Below are positions 58,368 through 64,000 of a DNA stretch of 64,000 nucleotides, piece after piece; the stretch's first letter is position 1; the number at the start of each line of letters is the position of its first letter. The notes below the pieces were generated by a model. The model searched no databases. It saw only the letters and a list, made by a program, of their open reading frames with translations, and was not told the DNA's origin. The position numbers were made by a program, and so were the translations under genes. Source of the DNA: a bacterium (GTDB taxonomy: Bacteria > Patescibacteriota > Patescibacteriia > HK-STAS-PATE-3); the NCBI GenBank assembly GCA_043800725.1, contig JAZDMR010000011.1, positions 21,369 through 85,368 on the forward strand. The letters run 5' to 3'.

Positions 58368-59197
58368 AGTTGATTAAAATGTTCATGGCTGTTGTTTTAT
58401 TGGGAGCCGGGTTTTGGTTTTCCAGTACGTTTAGAACAATTGACAAGGTGCAGGTGACAACACTGGACGTGGGTCAAGGAGATGCAATTTTAATCAAGGC
58501 GCCGAACAATTTTGAAGTACTGATTGACAGCGGGCCGGACAATAAAGTAGTCGAGAAAGTCGGGGAGTATTTACCTTTTTTTGATCGTGAAATAGAGCTG
58601 GCAATATTGACTCATCCGGACGCCGACCATGTAAATGGTTTTGCTCAGCTTGGTAGTCGTTATCGCTTGAAAAATGTGGTTATTACAGGAGTGGCTCATT
58701 CCTTGCCTTCTTATATCGAATTTCTCAAGGTGATCAAAGAACAAGGAAGTCAAGTTTTTTATAATAACCCCGGACAGAAATTCGAGATTCCCGGAGGTGT
58801 TTTAACAATCCTGGCGCCGGAAGGAAATTATCTTGACAAAGAGGTTGACGACCAAAATGCCACGTCAATAGTGGCCAGACTAGACGTTGGAAGCAACTCG
58901 TTTCTTTTTACGGGAGACGCTGATATTGGCGAAGAAAAATGGCTGATTAATTCAGGACAAAATATTCAAGTAAATGTATTAAAAGTAGGGCATCATGGCT
59001 CCAAAAGCTCGACAAGCCCAGAGTTTGTCAAGGCAGTTAATCCGGATATTGGCTTGATTTCAGCAGGGCAAGATAATAAGTTTGGTCACCCTCACCAAGA
59101 GTTACTGGGTAGATTGGATAAGGCACTAATTCTCTCAACCGCTATTGACGGAGACATTTGTATTGAGGTGGACGAGGAAGGGCTGGGGAGGTGTTGA
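58325..59197 (+). CDS. ComEC-type metallo-beta-lactamase domain protein (ComEC C-terminal module as a separate ORF)
   Basis: 'LDVGQGDAILIK', 'ILTHPDADHVNGF', 'LKVGHHGSKSST'; overlaps the upstream ORF by 43 nt in a different frame. Confidence 0.8.
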   Translation: MVKQAIKINFQTIMKLIKMFMAVVLLGAGFWFSSTFRTIDKVQVTTLDVGQGDAILIKAPNNFEVLIDSGPDNKVVEKVGEYLPFFDREIELAILTHPDADHVNGFAQLGSRYRLKNVVITGVAHSLPSYIEFLKVIKEQGSQVFYNNPGQKFEIPGGVLTILAPEGNYLDKEVDDQNATSIVARLDVGSNSFLFTGDADIGEEKWLINSGQNIQVNVLKVGHHGSKSSTSPEFVKAVNPDIGLISAGQDNKFGHPHQELLGRLDKALILSTAIDGDICIEVDEEGLGRC

Positions 59198-59217
59198 ACA
59201 GCCCCTACCACCCCCGG

Positions 59218-59238
59218 CCCCTCCTTTGAAAGGAGGGG
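59218..59238 (+). terminator. hairpin CCCCTCC-TTTGAAA-GGAGGGG after the ComEC MBL ORF
   Basis: perfect 7-bp stem 21 nt past the stop; no U-tract. Confidence 0.35.
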
Positions 59239-59700
59239 AGGAGAATGCGAATGTTAGCCAAAATGGCTAAGAAAAGCGATTATTGGTCTTGACAGCCTTT
59301 AAATACTATGTTATTATGTGCTGTTACGCTAATAAAGTGCGAACCTTACAAACCATTGAGGAGAGAGCATTTACCACGGAAACCAAAGCCAGGTGTGGTA
59401 AATGTAGTTGGCTAATTTTTATTTAAGGTAGTGTTTTACTGCCTGCTCTCTGTTTTCATGAATTCTCGTGAATACCTCAAACATATAGAGCAGACAATAA
59501 CTCACTACCTTTTTATTTTCCGTAAAAATATGTAATGGAAAATAAATCTACGAAGCTTAAGCGAAGGAGGTTGTTTCCTTAAAAATCGGATTGAGATTAT
59601 CGATGGCCACAGCAATTAATTTTTAATGGGCCACTCATCACTCGATCCGACTTTTAGGGAAACAAGCCAGTCCTGAATTTAATTCAGGGACGGTACTGAC

Positions 59701-59832
59701 ATGGAGGGGGGAATCAAGCTGGCGGATATGATTGTCCAGGGTTGCGAACTCAGAGTTTTCATAAGAAGCCAATGGAGCAAGTGAACTTCGGTTCAAAACT
59801 TGCTCACCATCTCACCTCCATATCAGTGCTGA
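59701..59832 (+). repeat. roughly 110-130-nt structured noncoding element, copy 1
   Basis: closing helix TGGAGG/CCTCCA; internal GAGCAAG-TGAACTTCGGTTCA-AAACTTGCTC hairpin; anti-SD-like CACCTCC at the 3' end. Confidence 0.55.
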
Positions 59833-60092
59833 AACAAGAAAGGCTCAGACTTGAGGTATCCCACGGCGTCAGACTTTTGCCGGACGTTGTGGAAATAATT
59901 GATACCTCAAATCTGAACCGTTCTTCAAAACAACCCACCCCCAATCCTCACATGAAAGGCTCAAGCAAGATCATAGATCAAACTTGGGCCTCCTTCCCAA
60001 GCGCGACAGCATTGTTGCTCTTAGGAAGGAAGCTCGTTATACCTCGACCGAAATAAAATATCGGGTTACGCGAAAGATTCCTCTGTACTAAT

Positions 60093-60256
60093 ATGGAGGG
60101 GGTCCCCCTACGCCAAGGCTTCGGGGGACTAAGGAGAGTTAAGTTGGTGGATATGATTATTTCGGGTGCAAACTTGAAATTTTCATAAGAAGCCAGCGGA
60201 GCAAGTGAACTTCGGTTCAAAATTTGCTCACCATCTCACCTCCAGATTAGTGCTGA
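60093..60256 (+). repeat. roughly 110-130-nt structured noncoding element, copy 2
   Basis: about 85% identical core (60147-60256) to 59721-59832; same ATGGAGGGGG start and CACCTCCA end. Confidence 0.55.
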
Positions 60257-60394
60257 GAATTACGGAACTTTGACAATTATCTCCTTAAGTCGTTCTCATT
60301 AAATCATTGTAAACTCTCTTGATTCTTGTCGAATAAGTATAGAGTCGGAGAACGATTTTAGGAGGGCCCTGATTAAAGAATCGGGGCTATCAAT

Positions 60395-60652
60395 TTGCTT
60401 GTTAGTGGATATAAAAACAAATTTAACATTGAGGAGGGGCTTATGTCTTGGAAAAATGTTGGTATTTGGTTGGTAAAAGTCATCGCAGCCTTATGGATTG
60501 GGGCACTTATAATGTTTCTTTTCATCTTTCCGGATCTGCCGGATGATTGTTATCCGGTGTACCTATCCTTTTACTGGCCTTGGTTGGCGATATTCGCTGT
60601 GGTAACTGCATTCTTGCCCTGGCGGCGAATAGCACGGTTAGTATTGAGATAG
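60395..60652 (+). CDS. small membrane protein
   Basis: 85 aa, two TM; RBS GAGGAGGGG. Confidence 0.35.
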   Translation: MLVSGYKNKFNIEEGLMSWKNVGIWLVKVIAALWIGALIMFLFIFPDLPDDCYPVYLSFYWPWLAIFAVVTAFLPWRRIARLVLR

Positions 60653-60732
60653 TTGTACATCAATGGCGAATGAGGCGCCATAAGTTACTTCGGTAACACT
60701 TCTCACTTGCCATGAACCTCTATAGTTCGTGG

Positions 60733-60777
60733 CTTCCCCCGAGTTTCCCTTTAATCAAGAAGGGGTGCTCAGGGGAG
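60733..60777 (+). repeat. bracket-hairpin repeat, copy A (CTTCCCCCGAG..CCCTT-TAATCAAG-AAGGG..CTCAGGGGA)
   Basis: near-identical to copy B. Confidence 0.6.
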
Positions 60778-60882
60778 GATCAAGTACTGTTCTTTGCATT
60801 TTCCTCCACCTCCTTATGAAAGGCCGCTTAGGCATTATTATCTCAAAAAGTTTGAGATTCCAAAAAAAGTAAGGAGGAGAAA

Positions 60883-61419
60883 ATGTCTACATTTGTGTAT
60901 TGTCCGACTACTGGAGACCGTGTCTTCGCACAAAAGGACACGGAAGGAATAGTTGTTGTAAAATGGCAAAATGAATGCCGCCATGTGGTTGGTGGGGTCC
61001 ATTTTTACTTTAGTGCGGCTGAGCCAAAGAAACATTGGCGGAGTCGCGCGAAAGTTCTCGCCACGGCAATTATCAAAAACGCCTGTGGCATTGCTTGGGA
61101 TGAGTGTGGAGAAGTACACCTGATCGTTCCTCACTCGAAAGCCTGGGCAACCTTCGAAATTATGGGTGCCGCATCCCCTGACGGCAACCCTGACCATAAC
61201 AAGGTCGCCATGATTCATAATGGGGTGGCCTGGCCATTGTTCGGCGATGCTGGACAGTGGGAGGTCATCAGGGAACTCCGACCTTCTGAGGATGGAGTTG
61301 CTCTTTGGAAAAGGGAGGGCAATAGGGTAGAAGTTACCCTATCCGATTCTGAGGAGGCCGTGTACGCGGCAAATTGGCACATCGCTGAAGTTAGCGGTGG
61401 TGCGGAGGAAATAGCATAG
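60883..61419 (+). CDS. hypothetical protein (about 50% GC)
   Basis: strong RBS AAGGAGGAG; 178 aa; no motif. Confidence 0.45.
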   Translation: MSTFVYCPTTGDRVFAQKDTEGIVVVKWQNECRHVVGGVHFYFSAAEPKKHWRSRAKVLATAIIKNACGIAWDECGEVHLIVPHSKAWATFEIMGAASPDGNPDHNKVAMIHNGVAWPLFGDAGQWEVIRELRPSEDGVALWKREGNRVEVTLSDSEEAVYAANWHIAEVSGGAEEIA

Positions 61420-61464
61420 TAACTCGGGGAGCGTGAAATATTTAAATCAGTATTCACGTTCCCC

Positions 61465-61512
61465 ACTTCCCCCGAGTTTCCCTTTAATCAAGAAGGGGTG
61501 CTCAGGGGAAGT
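61465..61512 (+). repeat. bracket-hairpin repeat, copy B (ACTTCCCCCGAG...CTCAGGGGAAGT), preceded by the GGGGAGCGTGAA/TTCACGTTCCCC hairpin
   Basis: perfect outer stem; 46 nt after the upstream ORF stop. Confidence 0.6.
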
Positions 61513-61569
61513 GCGCACCTTTAAACTTTACGGCGACTGGCTGTCGATGAAGCCAAATGAGGAGGTGGT

Positions 61570-61785
61570 ATGATGTTTCCCTTTGATATGAGTGGGGTTT
61601 TTTTGATGATAGCAGCATTCGCCATGGTAATGGTAGGAGTTGTTCCTAATAAGGGCAGACCCACTGTGAGTCTTAAGGGAACGGTAATAATTATTATTGC
61701 CTGTCTGCTCTGCGCTCTCATTATGTTGGAGATGTTTGGGGTGATTGACTTACTTCCAAAGGGCTTCTCGTCAGACCCTTGGTAA
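61570..61785 (+). CDS. small membrane protein
   Basis: RBS GAGGAGGTGG; 71 aa, 2 TM. Confidence 0.4.
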   Translation: MMFPFDMSGVFLMIAAFAMVMVGVVPNKGRPTVSLKGTVIIIIACLLCALIMLEMFGVIDLLPKGFSSDPW

Positions 61786-61856
61786 ATAAAAAACCTAAAC
61801 AAGTCAGCACCATCGCTCTTTATTTAAAGATCCTTATAGTCGCGTGACTATAGGAT

Positions 61857-61902
61857 CTTCCCCTAAGTACCCCTTTGAATAAGAACGAGTGTTTGGGGGA
61901 AG
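61857..61902 (+). repeat. bracket-hairpin repeat, copy C (CTTCCCCTAAG...TTTGGGGGAAG), preceded by the GATCCTTATAGTC/GACTATAGGATC palindrome
   Basis: same bracket ends with a divergent interior. Confidence 0.5.
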
Positions 61903-62339
61903 TTCATTCAACAGTTCGGGGCAGGGATGCTTAAACGGAAGGGATTTCCGGCCTTTAACGAGGTAAGCGTTAAGTCCTAGTGACTGCAGGGGTTCTCCGC
62001 CTCCATATTTCTCAGAAATATTTCGGCGGATCCACCGTAGCAATACTGAGTTTTGCGGAGGCGGAGACTCCTCGCCGTCCTTGCCCTCGATTTCCCAGCA
62101 CCTGGACGCGATTGAAGGGTGCTGGAAGGGCCGCTATCGTAGGGATAGTTGGTTATAAGCCCTGAACTTTCTCGTTTTAAAATGCGAGATTGATTCAGGG
62201 CTTGTCCGTTACTCGTTTAGTATTATAACTATCGAGTAACGGACCTTTTCCCGAGTTCCGAATTCTAATTTCGGGATTCAGAAGAAGGAATGCCCTTTTA
62301 AACCAGGTGTAAAAAAACCGCTCAAGAGAAGGAGACGTC

Positions 62340-62618
62340 ATGACTTTGGAGGATGATTATATGAGGAATAAACTCATACAGTGGAAAAAAGAGTTCATCC
62401 AAGCTGGGGCCATGTGTTTTGGCGGGATGTCTATTTTTCCTGCCATTATTGCAGACTTAATTGCTGTAGTCATAGCAGTTTTGGTCTGGACTTGTTCTTC
62501 GGATAGGATCTTTCCTGTATGGGGTAAGTTTTCCCTGTGCAAGTTGGTGACCAATGCGATGGACCAATACGGGCCTCAATCGCAACCAATCACTATTGAT
62601 AAAGGGGGTGGATTATGA
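62340..62618 (+). CDS. hypothetical small protein
   Basis: RBS AGAAGGAGA; 92 aa with a hydrophobic core. Confidence 0.4.
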   Translation: MTLEDDYMRNKLIQWKKEFIQAGAMCFGGMSIFPAIIADLIAVVIAVLVWTCSSDRIFPVWGKFSLCKLVTNAMDQYGPQSQPITIDKGGGL

Positions 62619-62836
62619 AATCGAAAGAGCAGCCCGCCCCACTCACGGAGAGACACATCCCGTGGCTAATAGCACTGGTGACCCTTGGATTGGTCGAAAG
62701 TGTGATAGCTTTTTTTGGGGTTTTTGTCTACGTATTTTGGGGTTCGTTTCCTCGATGGAGCCAGTGGCCCGCTACGTTCCGAATCCTCAAAAAAGGTTTT
62801 GGGATAAGTCGTGAGAATGAGGAGGAGGTTTCATGA
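62615..62836 (+). CDS. small membrane protein
   Basis: ATGA overlap with the upstream ORF; 2 TM. Confidence 0.4.
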   Translation: MKSKEQPAPLTERHIPWLIALVTLGLVESVIAFFGVFVYVFWGSFPRWSQWPATFRILKKGFGISRENEEEVS

Positions 62837-63114
62837 GCAAGCTAAATCTGGTTTGTGTGGCAGTGGTACTTTTCTTGATTGTCGGCTCAACAAATGCCAA
62901 CGCTGGCATTCACATCCAGCGGAATGTGTCGGATATTGTCGAAGCAGGCGCGTTGTGGCTTCCGATTGATTCCTGTCGCGAAGGAATGGTCACGACTGTG
63001 ACCATTATAAACGACACCGACGAGATGTTCGAAGTCGTAGCCCTGGAGAGCAACACACATCAATCCGAGGTGATGAGCAACCAGGGCGAGACAGCCAAAA
63101 AATTACCATTTTAA
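62833..63114 (+). CDS. small secreted protein
   Basis: RBS GAGGAGGAGG; signal peptide; ATGA overlap with the upstream ORF. Confidence 0.45.
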   Translation: MSKLNLVCVAVVLFLIVGSTNANAGIHIQRNVSDIVEAGALWLPIDSCREGMVTTVTIINDTDEMFEVVALESNTHQSEVMSNQGETAKKLPF

Positions 63115-63405
63115 TTAGATGGTTCAATGCTCAGCGCCGGTACGAGGTTTGCGTTGGCTCCGAGCAATGGCCCTGTGTTGTAGGGTCGTTTGAGTATGCC
63201 AGACCGTAGTATTTTTTGGGAAACGAGAGAAGGATAGGATGTGGAACGGAGGTTCAATGTGAGGCAGCTGAACTAGGCCCGCAAGAAAAAAAGCGCATGG
63301 TTGGCGTAACCATGGACGCACAGGGGCCCATAATAAAAATACTGTGTTTTAAAAAATACGCACCCCGGGAGGAGACTCGAGCTTAAGGCTCATATTGTCT
63401 CCTCC

Positions 63406-63488
63406 CTTCCCCCGAGCTAATTAGCTTCTCAAGTCTCCACGGATCTGAGTCCGAGGATTCCTTCGAAGACTAATTAATTCAGGGGAAG
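63406..63488 (+). repeat. bracket-hairpin repeat, copy D (CTTCCCCCGAG ... CAGGGGAAG, 83 nt), preceded by the GGGAGGAGAC/GTCTCCTCCC hairpin
   Basis: same bracket ends with a longer variable interior. Confidence 0.5.
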
Positions 63489-63523
63489 TATGTTCTTTAA
63501 GTTATGAATCGCAAAAAGTCGGT

Positions 63524-63982
63524 GTGCTTTTAAAAAGAAACGAGAGAGGAGGAAAGGATATGGAAGCCGCACTTTTTATCCTAGCAATGATGGTGATGGT
63601 GCTGAAGGTTCTTGGTGGGATCGTTATCCCTGCTATTCTGATCTGTTGCTTGGGTGCATTACTTGGTCGGCTGATTCGGGTCCATAACAGCTTCTGGTTG
63701 AAACTATGGTTCATACCAGTTTTGGCGTTCAGTGCATTCATGTGTTGTTCGCACAGCCTGGGACTCATCTCCGACGGAAAGCAGATCGTGAGCTTGACCC
63801 TATTTGGATCGACCGCGTTGCTTTGGACCAGCTTCTTGTCAGTCTGGTTCAATTTACGTCTATTTCGCTGGATACCGGATACAGTCAGTTTCCAAGCACT
63901 GTTTTTAGGGAGTAGGATTCTGTCCCGGATGCCGGTTTCTGCGCAGCGGAAAGTGCTCCAGATCGCTGGAATACGTGGATGA
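63524..63982 (+). CDS. hypothetical membrane protein
   Basis: RBS GAGGAGGAAAGG; 152 aa, 4 TM. Confidence 0.45.
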   Translation: MLLKRNERGGKDMEAALFILAMMVMVLKVLGGIVIPAILICCLGALLGRLIRVHNSFWLKLWFIPVLAFSAFMCCSHSLGLISDGKQIVSLTLFGSTALLWTSFLSVWFNLRLFRWIPDTVSFQALFLGSRILSRMPVSAQRKVLQIAGIRG

Positions 63983-64000
63983 TCTTGTTTTCGCGGATAT

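Noticed and set aside
59742-60056. 104-aa plus-strand ORF
   Set aside because: It starts inside repeat copy 1 and runs through hairpins, and it has no RBS. It is more likely noncoding.
61834-62165. ORFs 61834-62043(-) and 61980-62165(+)
   Set aside because: They lie in a hairpin-dense gap, overlap each other, have no RBS, and translate to P/R/G-rich products.
63124-63321. 65-aa minus-strand ORF
   Set aside because: It is antisense within an intergenic stretch of the plus-strand cassette-like array and has no RBS.
1-64000. CRISPR array
   Set aside because: No regularly spaced direct repeats of 25-40 nt were seen. The recurring bracket hairpins at 60.7-63.5 kb are irregularly spaced (390-1530 bp) and follow ORFs.

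Overview
This 64-kb window looks like a streamlined, low-to-moderate-GC bacterial genome, most consistent with a Candidate Phyla Radiation (Patescibacteria)-like organism. Long proteins such as Mfd, NrdJ and a 1877-aa surface protein have no in-frame stops, so the standard bacterial genetic code appears to be in use. Most of the window is housekeeping genes: dprA, mfd, pth, der, an LCP-family protein, lepB, hisS, a HIT-family protein, rpsU, ybeY, dgkA, ftsA, ftsZ, nrdR followed by an adenosylcobalamin-dependent (class II) ribonucleotide reductase and a corrinoid adenosyltransferase, an HtrA protease, prfB with the canonical +1 frameshift motif, a split ComEC, an ECF sigma factor with a MacB-type ABC pair, and a giant Cys-rich surface protein. 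Around these sit several unusual accessory features, each reported separately below:
- a tRNA cluster in which three of four tRNA genes carry insertions, separated by two homologous tRNA-like spacer elements closed by G6/C6 stems;
- a recurring GCGGGATCCCGC palindrome, together with a REP-associated tyrosine transposase (RAYT) gene;
- a truncated IS481-like transposase;
- an AT-rich islet containing an APH-like kinase interrupted by an in-frame TAA, next to a PEP-utilizing swivel-domain protein;
- a likely cobalamin riboswitch upstream of a DUF4430 protein and a putative ECF S-component;
- a family of three structured repeats (conserved core GAGC-NN-CGCGAAG-N-AGTCTC) flanking prfB and a mosaic-GC island that encodes a nicotinate phosphoribosyltransferase (PRTase), two type-I PRTases and a 58%-GC LOG-family protein;
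- a 1.2-kb noncoding stretch holding two copies of a roughly 110-nt structured element;
- at the 3' end, a cassette-array-like series of small ORFs with strong ribosome-binding sites, separated by conserved bracket hairpins (CTTCCCCCGAG ... CTCAGGGGAAG).
All coordinates were read by hand from the sequence, so boundaries of RNA and repeat features are approximate (a few nt either way).
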